64,000 bases of DNA from Gammaproteobacteria bacterium (GTDB lineage: Bacteria; Pseudomonadota; Gammaproteobacteria; JABDGN01): assembly GCA_013285995.1 (NCBI GenBank), contig JABDGN010000003.1:5317-69316 (forward strand). The letters run 5' to 3'. This document shows positions 1 to 8,800 of this stretch, piece after piece (within the stretch, counting starts at the first letter, position 1; every line of letters starts with the position of its first letter). Below the pieces are notes generated by a model. That model was not told the origin of the DNA, made no database searches, and was given only the letters and a program-made list of their open reading frames with translations. Both the position numbers and the translations under genes were made by a program.

Positions 1-82
1 AGAAAAAATCCGATCCCACCGTCTTTGTAAAAAAATGTGTAAAAAAGCTTGCAATGTTTTAAAAATGGTATAGACTTTAGAT

Positions 83-150
83 TGTCGCTGTAGGGGGCTC
101 TCGGAATGGGCACAATTGGAAGGATCCAAACCCGACAGCGATATTTTTTT
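83..150 (+). ncRNA. candidate CsrA-binding small RNA
   Basis: Promoter-like TTGCAA(49-54)-16 nt-TAGACT(71-76). Closing stem TGTCGCTGT/ACAGCGATA followed by a T-run. Two inner hairpins have GGA in the loop (GCTC-TCGGAAT-GGGC and TTGG-AAGGAT-CCAA). Convergent with csrA. Confidence 0.45.
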
Positions 151-216
151 GCCTGTTGTTTTATGCTTGCGTTGCCACTTTCTTTTCGGAATAACTATAC
201 GCCGCAAGTGCCACGA

Positions 217-450
217 TTATTCTCTCGTTTTATCAGATTGATTATCCATCTCCTGTTTATCATCGGTCACATTTTCATTAGCAGCGGTTTGCGCCTGAAT
301 TTTTTCATAAATTTCTTCACGATGTACCGACAAATCTTTTGGCGCATTAATTCCAATTCGTGTTTGGTTACCCTTAACCCCTAATACTGTTACTGTAATA
401 TCTTGCCCAATTACAATGGTTTCTCCAACACGTCGAGTTAATATTAACAT
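217..450 (-). CDS. csrA: carbon storage regulator CsrA/RsmA
   Basis: [15 protein letters not shown]...[25 protein letters not shown] is the CsrA signature. Confidence 0.96.
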   Translation of the reverse strand: MLILTRRVGETIVIGQDITVTVLGVKGNQTRIGINAPKDLSVHREEIYEKIQAQTAANENVTDDKQEMDNQSDKTRE

Positions 451-523
451 TTGCTTATCTCCAATAATTTATTTTCACTGTCTTTGCGTAAGCAAAAACT
501 TAATGATCCAATTAATCCACTAT

Positions 524-602
524 GTAGGGGCGGCTCGTAAGCCGCCCGTTTACATCCCCCTTTAAAAAAGGATCCCCCTTTGGTAAAGGGGGCAGGGGGA
601 TT
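524..602. repeat. GTAG-type REP half element followed by a CCCCCTTT/AAAGGGGG palindromic repeat
   Basis: GTAGGGGCGGCTCGTAAGCCGCCC, then ATCCCCCTTT...AAAGGGGGCAGGGGGATTT; both recur elsewhere in the window. Confidence 0.8.
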
Positions 603-961
603 TATTTTTCTTCAGCCATCATTCTTGCCGCCACGACAGTAGATTCATGTATCGCCAATAACGTCGCACCCGCATGAAAAGTCAAAAATCGCAAATCGTT
701 TTCTAAAATCAATGCGACTCCCTTGGCGTGAATCCCAATTTGTTTGGCAATCATGCTGATAGTGAATTGCCCCGTCGCTAAAATCTCGCCTAAAGTTATT
801 AACCAATTGACTTTGCCGTTCAGCAATTCATCACCGAGCCAGCATTGTGGGGTACTGCCGGGTTTGAATTCGGGGTGAACGGTTGAAGGTTTTGCGTCTG
901 CTTCGTAAACAATAGTCATTGAATTAATCACATCTATATTTTCAATTTCTGTAGTCATCAT
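602..961 (-). CDS. hypothetical protein, possible degenerate Cro/CI-like HTH in C-terminal half
   Basis: GGAGA RBS before the ATG at 961; segment FTISMIAKQIGIHAKGVALIL is HTH-like. Confidence 0.5.
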   Translation of the reverse strand: MMTTEIENIDVINSMTIVYEADAKPSTVHPEFKPGSTPQCWLGDELLNGKVNWLITLGEILATGQFTISMIAKQIGIHAKGVALILENDLRFLTFHAGATLLAIHESTVVAARMMAEEK

Positions 962-1092
962 TATTTCTCCCATTTTGTTTGGCGAGTTAAACACATACAA
1001 ATGTTTACTCTTGCTCTGGTTACCTTTTAGTTACACGTGTGTATGAGCACTTTGACACGGCATATATTTCTTCCTTGCTGGCAAGTAAAACA

Positions 1093-1121
1093 TTGACATC
1101 CTTGAAATACCAGCTGATAAT
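1093..1121 (+). promoter_or_regulatory. sigma70-like promoter
   Basis: TTGACA-17 nt-GATAAT upstream of the ORF at 1189. Confidence 0.55.
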
Positions 1122-1188
1122 AATCAGTACTATTTATAATTTAAAATTATAGCAATAATTTTATGTGTTAATTTTGAACAGGTGGATT

Positions 1189-2544
1189 ATGTTTACTCAG
1201 AATAACGAAGGAAAAGGTCTGGTAAAAGTTTATTGGGCTGATGTACGTGATCATGTTGCAAAAATAGAACCAAATTTTGCGAGATTAGTTGATACTTTAA
1301 ATCCTGATAAAACTTTTCCATTATATTTAGCTTATTATCCTTATGGGGCTTTAAAAGGTGATACAGAAAGTACTTTGTTACCTACTGTAGATGGGGGGTA
1401 TTATCGTGTTTCAGATCCAGATGCACCCAAAGATGTGGCTAAACATTTAGGATATAGCAAAGACTATGCTCCCCTGGCAATGTTACTTGATAAAAATTTT
1501 GAGCTATTTATGGATTTGAAAGCTGAAAAAATTAGCATTCCATGGATAATTTATTCGCCTGGCAGAATTTTCCCCTTTAACAGAATATTAAACCGAAAAA
1601 AACAACGTATCTATGCTCCTAACGGTGTTTTGACTATGACATCTGGTTCACGTTCTGTTTTTATGTTACCTAATATTGGCTGTTTTACAAATCATGTGAA
1701 TTTACAAGGTGATTTCAATGTAAAACTTCCACCGGCAAAATCTTTATATGAGCACTGGGCCATTTTTAAAGCTATTCTGGATAGTAACGTTATTCCTTGT
1801 GATTGGCGCTCTTGTATTATGTATTTTTCAGAAAAATGGCTTAGTAAGTTGCATGAAGATAAAGCGTGGGTGCCACTAAAATTATATTTACATGAGCTGG
1901 CTTGGGAATATTCAGAATATGATCGGAACAGAATATATTATGAAACAATTTTCTCGATGATACAAAAACAACGCAACTTGAAACCTAACCCTTATTTAGC
2001 AGATACTGCTCGCCACCTCTTTACTTCAGCTCTAGGCATTACGCCGGCTTATGCTCCGGTCTGCGATGAAAATGCTTTACCTTTTGAGATTTTGCAAAGA
2101 GCATTTGTTGAATCGTATGGGTTAAAGAAATATTTTCCCACGATTATGCAGCCTACACATTTTTATTTTGAAGAAGATAAACACCCTGTCTACTACTCTT
2201 TACAAAATCCTTCAACATATGTTTTTTCACCTAAATCCAGGCAAGTTTCCAGTACCTTATTTGAAATGCGAGAATTAGCAAATATCATTAAAGTATTTTC
2301 TGAAGAATTATCGAAAAGCAGCTCACCTTGCGCTGATACCGTTATGCGCCAAATAGCACATGACGTACAATTTAAATATTTTCATAATAAACCTGACAGA
2401 CATCATACTGTGAGACTTTCGGGTGAGATTGCTACATTGGATAAACGATTTGGTATGATTAACGCAAAATATAAGTTGCCAGATGCTGAATTTGCAGGAG
2501 ATGCACCTTTTGTACGGGGTTGTATTAGCATAGGTTCAAGTTAA
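1189..2544 (+). CDS. hypothetical globular protein (~450 aa), function not recognised
   Basis: Long ORF rich in aromatic residues, ATG at 1189 after a GGTGG RBS; no motif recognised. Confidence 0.75.
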   Translation: MFTQNNEGKGLVKVYWADVRDHVAKIEPNFARLVDTLNPDKTFPLYLAYYPYGALKGDTESTLLPTVDGGYYRVSDPDAPKDVAKHLGYSKDYAPLAMLLDKNFELFMDLKAEKISIPWIIYSPGRIFPFNRILNRKKQRIYAPNGVLTMTSGSRSVFMLPNIGCFTNHVNLQGDFNVKLPPAKSLYEHWAIFKAILDSNVIPCDWRSCIMYFSEKWLSKLHEDKAWVPLKLYLHELAWEYSEYDRNRIYYETIFSMIQKQRNLKPNPYLADTARHLFTSALGITPAYAPVCDENALPFEILQRAFVESYGLKKYFPTIMQPTHFYFEEDKHPVYYSLQNPSTYVFSPKSRQVSSTLFEMRELANIIKVFSEELSKSSSPCADTVMRQIAHDVQFKYFHNKPDRHHTVRLSGEIATLDKRFGMINAKYKLPDAEFAGDAPFVRGCISIGSS

Positions 2545-3756
2545 TCTTTTATAGTAATAACAACCTACAAAACATACCAGTCCGAGAAACCCACTGACAG
2601 TCCATACCATATCGCCTCCTAAATGGTGGTAAATAAATCCACCTAAAGCAGGACCGCTCACCATCCCTAAGGCATAAATGGCTTGAAAAAGCCCTAAATT
2701 ATAACTTTGATCTTCTTCTCGGCTATATTGATAAACTAATAATTGTGCCATTGCAAAAAAACACATCTCACCTAAGGTATAAACAACACACGCAATAATA
2801 GCAAGACTAAATATAACGGAGAAAGTTAACATCAGCATACCCAGCCCCATTAATAAAGCCCCTATTCCAACGATGAGTATTTTATTAAAACGGAGTAAGT
2901 GGCTTGCTAAAAACGTTTGGAATAAGACGATAATCAAAGGATTTATAGTAAATAATAGCCCAATTCCTTTAGTACCTAATTCGGGAAAGAGATCGTGAAC
3001 ATACACTAAATAAGTGGTGCTGCGCTGAGAAATAATAATACCTACCAGAAACAAACAGAATAAAACCAGCCAAATTATTTTTATATTTTTTAATTGAGAT
3101 TTATTTTTATTTTGATAGTTAACTGCAGTATGCTCTATTGATGACAAAAACTGTATGGGGGTTTTCAGATGAAAAATAAAATAAATCAGAGATAGAAATA
3201 ACAATATACCTGCCAAGTAAAATACATCTTCAAAACCTCGCGCACCTAAAAAACTCACTATTACGCCAGCAAGTCCAATACCTAGATTGGCAGTAGCATA
3301 TAATACGTTAATGGTCTTAAATTTTTCGGCTTCATGACTTTTACAAGAAGTAAGCACCCAAATATAATTGGCTGTTTTAAAGCCATAAGTTGTCACACCT
3401 AAGATAAATAAATCAACAAATAAAAAATTAACAGTATGAAATCGTGCGAGAGCAAAAAATGCTAGAGTCTTGCATAAGAGTGAAATAATGGCAATGGCAT
3501 TGGAAGGAATATGCTGAGAAAGTTTACCACTGACATAACCTCCAATAACTGTCCCTATGCCATACACTGAAATCATCAGTCCTGCCAGGGCAATATTAAG
3601 ATGTAATGTTTTTACAAAATAGAAGGATAAGAAAAAAACCACGCCAGCAGAAATATTATTAATAAAACTAACCGCTATTCTTTGCCAAAAAGCAATTGGT
3701 AACCCATGATAACTTTGAAAATATGTTTTTATACCTGTTTGCAAATAACTTAGCAT
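2536..3756 (-). CDS. MFS transporter (probable exporter)
   Basis: About 12 hydrophobic segments; G..SG.LS motif-A-like loop; GP.LGG near the C-terminus. Confidence 0.9.
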   Translation of the reverse strand: MLSYLQTGIKTYFQSYHGLPIAFWQRIAVSFINNISAGVVFFLSFYFVKTLHLNIALAGLMISVYGIGTVIGGYVSGKLSQHIPSNAIAIISLLCKTLAFFALARFHTVNFLFVDLFILGVTTYGFKTANYIWVLTSCKSHEAEKFKTINVLYATANLGIGLAGVIVSFLGARGFEDVFYLAGILLFLSLIYFIFHLKTPIQFLSSIEHTAVNYQNKNKSQLKNIKIIWLVLFCLFLVGIIISQRSTTYLVYVHDLFPELGTKGIGLLFTINPLIIVLFQTFLASHLLRFNKILIVGIGALLMGLGMLMLTFSVIFSLAIIACVVYTLGEMCFFAMAQLLVYQYSREEDQSYNLGLFQAIYALGMVSGPALGGFIYHHLGGDMVWTVSGFLGLVCFVGCYYYKRLT

Positions 3757-3785
3757 GCTTACAACCTGTAATATAAACTCTCAAT

Positions 3786-4586
3786 TTACTTATTGAGTGG
3801 AATTTCAATACCAAGGGTTTTTAACATGCCCTTCTTGATTTGCGATCTCTTAGCAGGAGGCACATATAATGTTGCAGTTCGCGAAATAATAGTACTGGGT
3901 AGCTGCTCTAAAGGAAATTTATATATTTTCGCTTCAAAACCTGTATATTGAGCTGCTTCATATAATATCACCTCATGATTTGAAAGATAATATTTATTTA
4001 AATGTTGTACCAAAGCATGCAATGCTTTAGAGTTTTTTTGGTCGATAGTGTGCTCAAGAATGCCGATAATACCTACTTGCCATAATAACAAATGGCTATT
4101 GGGATCCCACTTTCTGCCATATACAAGAAAATCCGTTGCTTCAAATGATTGACATCCGCAGGAGCCAGGATTAATTAATAGATCGGCAAATAAACAATCT
4201 TCTGCGGAAATACCAGGTAAAGCTCTTGCATCATAACCTACTTTTCTTGCTTGAATTACGGCATTCAAACCTGGTTCAGCGAAAACAGTAGGATGTCCAT
4301 ACAAAACCACACAGACATTTTGCTGTTTATATAAAGTTTCTAAAATATAATCTGTAATGGCTTTATAGCAGTCACTGCGTAATGGATATTTGATATAAAG
4401 TGGGTCTAAAGATTCAGCAGTGGAATTCGTTTTCTGAACCCACTGCTGCATAGCAGGTTCATTAAGTAAATATAAAACTTTATCTGCACGCTCGATATAA
4501 AGTTTTGCTTCAGTGGTAAGATGAGATAAAAATTTGATGCCTGAACCCACAAGAACCAAAGAGCCAGGGATTTTTTTATTCTGCAT
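3786..4586 (-). CDS. borosin-type peptide backbone alpha-N-methyltransferase (stand-alone, split borosin)
   Basis: GSL.LVGSGI, Y...R..CY, YGHP.VF, PGISAEDCLFADL.I.PG..GCQSFEATDFL and LLLWQVG are hallmark OphMA/SonM-family motifs. Confidence 0.88.
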   Translation of the reverse strand: MQNKKIPGSLVLVGSGIKFLSHLTTEAKLYIERADKVLYLLNEPAMQQWVQKTNSTAESLDPLYIKYPLRSDCYKAITDYILETLYKQQNVCVVLYGHPTVFAEPGLNAVIQARKVGYDARALPGISAEDCLFADLLINPGSCGCQSFEATDFLVYGRKWDPNSHLLLWQVGIIGILEHTIDQKNSKALHALVQHLNKYYLSNHEVILYEAAQYTGFEAKIYKFPLEQLPSTIISRTATLYVPPAKRSQIKKGMLKTLGIEIPLNK

Positions 4587-4648
4587 AGTGTATTCTGTTC
4601 ATAAAAAATTAAAGGGAAGAATACAGCAACTATATTTTAAATATCAAA

Positions 4649-4837
4649 CTAGAATCGGCACGAGGCTTGTTCATTAGCAAAATATGCTTGATGAGGGAAC
4701 ATTTTTTTTAGTAAATTAGGCTCATTTTTTGAAAAGGCTTCTTTTATTTCTTGTGGTTGATTGTTAATGAGAGTATTTAATTTCGGATCGAAGGTAGGCA
4801 TGTTCACAAGTTGTTCAAGCAAGGTAAGTATGTTCAT
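4649..4837 (-). CDS. putative borosin precursor peptide 2 (62 aa)
   Basis: Paralog of 4924-5121 (LEQL, LIN.Q..EI..AF..N...LLK, YFANE); directly upstream of the methyltransferase. Confidence 0.7.
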   Translation of the reverse strand: MNILTLLEQLVNMPTFDPKLNTLINNQPQEIKEAFSKNEPNLLKKMFPHQAYFANEQASCRF

Positions 4838-4923
4838 ATGATTTTCCCAGTGTTTGCCATAACCCAGAGCGGGAAAGGCTTTTATCTTTTCTCATTTAAT
4901 GTGAATCAGAACCATTGTAACTT

Positions 4924-5121
4924 TTATATTCTATCACTTAAAAACACAGCATGCTCATTAGCAAAATATTCTTGCTGAGAAATTGCTCGTTTTAATAGGC
5001 TGTGGTCATTCACTAAAAAAGCGTTCGTTATTTCTTTCTTTTGTTGATTAATTAAAACTTGAGTCACAGGCTCAAAATGGCAACAAGCTGCAAGTTGTTC
5101 AAGAAAATTCAGAACCGCCAT
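4924..5121 (-). CDS. putative borosin precursor peptide 1 (65 aa)
   Basis: Helical pattern resembling a borosin-binding-domain leader plus short C-terminal core YFANEHAVFLSDRI; GGGGA RBS. Confidence 0.7.
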   Translation of the reverse strand: MAVLNFLEQLAACCHFEPVTQVLINQQKKEITNAFLVNDHSLLKRAISQQEYFANEHAVFLSDRI

Positions 5122-5249
5122 TATTTTATCCCCGATTTTTTAAATATGCCAGATATTATAGTACGAAAAATTATAGGAAAACTATTTTTTATAATATATA
5201 TTGCTTAATTAATAAACAGATAGCATAGAACACACTGGATGTTGCTTAA

Positions 5250-5783
5250 TTAAATGACCCCCATGTCTAGACCACTGTTTAATCTTCTCAAGCAGGCGGG
5301 CATTCTCTTGTGCCCGGCGGCTGAGTTTTCCTCTGCAATAGCGATAATACCCACTACACGATACCTTCAATACACGCGCCATCTCCACAACCCGCCATGC
5401 TTTCACATGTGAACGCATAAACTCATATTTTTCCTTTACGGTGATGAGAAGATGGCTAGCGCTTTTTTTAATATATCGCGCTCGCGTCGTAATACTTCAT
5501 TTTCCCGTTCTAATTTACGTACCCGTTCATCTTCTACTTTCGGGTGACCACTGCCCGGAAAAGCCCCTTTGCCCCCCATTTTTTTAAGCCCTCACCCAGC
5601 ATTGCAAGGTCGATAGACCAATTCCCAGGTCATGGCTGGCCTGACTCACCGATAATTTTTGCTCTCTTACTAACTTTACAGCATTTAATTTAAATTCTTT
5701 ATCATATTTTCTTTTTGGCATATTCCACTCCTCAGCGGTATTTTACCCCTGTTTGGAGTGTCTATTAAATTGTAGCAAGATCA
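5250..5783 (-). mobile_element. degenerate, internally deleted IS3-family element
   Basis: OrfA MPKRKYDKEFKLNAVKLV... from 5721 has a premature TAA and continues out of frame as AFPGSG...ERDILKKALAIFS with an A6G slippery motif. OrfB start (MARVLKVSCSGYYRY) is truncated. Left end TGATCTTGCTAC...TAGACAC at 5783; IR-like TGACCCCCATGTCTAGACCAC near 5255. Confidence 0.85.
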
Positions 5784-5825
5784 AATCGCTTCTACTTTGC
5801 CATCCAACAAACTCACAATAATTTT

Positions 5826-8800
5826 TCACGACGTGGTAGAAAGCAAGCTTTGGCAGTAGATGGAGGCGAAGGGCCACCAAAAGGCGAGCACGGGGGCGGT
5901 GGCGTTATCGCCGATGGCGGTGATGTTGGTGCCTTTGGTATTGTCCAGTTTGGTATTAACCATCCCCTTGAAGTTAAACAGTGCATTGGGATTATTTTGC
6001 TGAGGCCCTAAAATGCCGATATGAGTGTATACAGTATCCATATTGATGCAACCGATTAAGCCATTGGCAGTAAAATTATTGACATACGCATTTAAAAAAG
6101 CGCACCAGTTGCCGGGAGCTAAAGCGCGGTTATTGGGTGGTAAAGCTATGCCACCTAAATTAGGTGCCGAAATATTCGAAGGACAAATCGCGCCGAGGGA
6201 ACCTGTCGACCGGGTGCCGCCGCTGGTGCGGATAGTGCGACTGCTGCTAGCACTATCGCTGCTGCCGACCGTGGCCCAGCCAGCAGCTGCGCTGGTGAGC
6301 TCATTGAACGCGCTGGTGGCGTAGGCATAAGCGCTGCTGGTCGCTTGCATGGCGCTGGTGGCGGCATGGTAGGCTGAGCTTTGGAGGCTGCCGAGGGAGC
6401 TGGCGATTTGTTGCACCACAGTGGTGCCGCCACCTATTGGCTGCGTACTGGCCGCGGGGAGGGGGGCTGTACTTACCGGCACCACCGGCCCACTGGTCGG
6501 CGCCGCGCCGGCGGTGGCGCTGCCAAACAAGGTGCTGACTACACCCATAACCGCTTGATACGCCGTGCTCCCTGCAGCTTGTGCCGTTGTAATCGCCTGT
6601 TGCACCAGGCCCACATCGCCGCTGCTCAGTGCTGTGGTGGTCGCCTGAATAGATTGAGCGCTGTCAGAGGCCGATTGTCCGCTCAAAGAAAAAGACGTTT
6701 GCACTTCGTTAAGTTTGGTATTTAAAGTGCTGACGGCCGACACTTGCGCTGGCATTGTCCCTAAAGTGCTGCCGGCGGCCCGGATTGCGGCGGTGGTCCC
6801 GGCCCCGGTGCTGTCAACTGCTATATTATTGCTGGAGCCAAATTCCAACACGCCAGCCGCAATGGCCGTGCTTTGTTGGCCGAGGCTGCTCATAACAGCG
6901 CCCAAACTGCTGCCGAGTGCCGCGACCTGAGTGCTGCCAGCCCCCACTTGCTCGCTGGTTACTTGCGCATTGTTTAAACCTTGCTCTGCTGTACTGCCTG
7001 CTGCGTAATTACCGCTGCTTAATTCCATTTTTACGGTTGTTACCGCGGTGTCGGCTGACTTCCCGGTACTGACAGCGTTGCCGGTAATCGTACTGGAAGC
7101 CAGTCCGGTGGCCATGGCTGAGCTTGCCACGGCCAGGCCAGTTGCCGCCGTACTTTGAATGGCCGCCGTGGCGACGGCTTTTTGCGTGGAATTTAACACA
7201 CCGGTACCTTGAGTAGCCCCGCTGGAGCGTGCCAGGTGTTCACTTAAAACCGGCAACGTCGACACGGCGGATTGGATCGGCATTATGGATTGCGTTGTTG
7301 AGCTGATGAGCGCAGCAGTTGAGTCGCCCTTGCTTGAACCAGTGGCGGCCACGCCACCAGCCGAACTTTGTTGCGCAAGATTGACTCCGCTGCTTGCCGC
7401 GCCTATAGCGCTTTGTGATGATTGCAGCAACGCCTGGCTAGTAGAAAATACATTATTAGCGGCCGTCGATTGACGCGGACCCAAACCGCCGGTGGTGCCA
7501 CTACCACCGGTGCTTACACTCATGCGGGCGAGTTGCAAGCTGGTGCCGGCGTTGTTAATCATTGCGCCGGTGCTTTGGATCGCATTTTGCACCATTTCTG
7601 TCGAAACCACGCCGGGGCCAGTGCTTCCGACAGGTCCCGAGCTGCCTGCGGCCGGAGCACCGGCAGCGTCACTTGAAACTGCAGCGGGGCCAGTGCTTCC
7701 GGCAGGTCCCGAGCTGCCTGCGGCCGGAACGCCGACAGCGTCACTTGAAACTGCAGCGGGGCCAGTGCTTCCGGCAGGTCCCAAGTTGCCCACGGCCGAC
7801 GATCCAACCTCACTGCTGCCTGCACCACTCGTTCCGCTGCTTGCTGCCAGAGCGAAGCTGATACTCGCGGAGCTGGCAGCAAGCCAGGCGCTGCCGGTCG
7901 CTGCCGCTGTTTGCACCGCGACGATTTGTTGCGTGCTACCGCTTGGTTGCAGAGCCAGTGATGAAGCGTAAGATCGAAAACCCGTGACCAGGGCCGTCCA
8001 GGTAAGGGGTTGCAGCGTTGAAATCGGAACGCCCGAACTTCCCGAACTCCCCGGACTAACAACTCCTTCGGAACTTCCCAAACTGCCCGCGCTCGAGGCA
8101 ACCTGACTGGCGACAGTTGCGCTGGCCCCGGTAGAAACATCGGCCAGGCTAAGTGCGGTGTTAGTACTAGCCACAAAACGATTAGCTTGTGATGTGCGTT
8201 GTAAAGTGGCAAGTCCCGTCACCAACTGTTCGGTACTTAAATTAGGCGTGCCACGGCCGCTCGTGCTTCCCGAGCGCGCTAACACGAGTCCGCTGCTGCC
8301 CGTGGGTGGCGCGCCGGTATTTCCCGTGCGCACTAACACGGGTCCGCTGCTGTCGAATACTCCCGTGCTGTAGCTTGCGACGTGGGCTGCCAAAGCGCTG
8401 CTACTGCCAGCGGCAACTTGAATCGCCCGACTGCTTTGCGCTGCACCGGCACTGGTTGCCAAGGCACTGCTTAAGGCGGCAGCGGGCAGATTGCCGGTGC
8501 TGGCACTTTTTCCGGTACTTGATAAGATATTAGTTATAACAGACTGAGTTGAAACACTATTTTGTTCAATATTTTGCGCGGTACTGGCAATCATTTCGCT
8601 GCTGACTTGATTAGCTGTTGCGGCTGTGCTCACGGCTCCTGCCACGCCTGCCGCGCTGGACGCAGTATTTGCAATGGTAGTCGCATCATAAGGATTTTGG
8701 GCGAACGAGCTGCTGAGCGCATCGACTCCGGCGCTACTGGCAGAGCTGGCCTGGCTCGCTGCGCTGCTTGCTTCATGAGCGAAAGTAGAACCCCCCACGC

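Noticed and set aside
106..384. 92-aa plus-strand ORF
   Set aside because: Antisense to csrA, crosses a terminator-like T-run and has no recognisable features
3786..4586. ordinary tetrapyrrole (CobA/CysG-like) methylase
   Set aside because: Motifs (YGHP, CLFADL..PG..GCQSFEAT, LWQVG) and adjacent precursor-like peptides fit borosin enzymes; no tetrapyrrole genes nearby
5250..5783. active IS3 transposase
   Set aside because: OrfA has a premature stop and frameshift, and OrfB lacks the DDE domain
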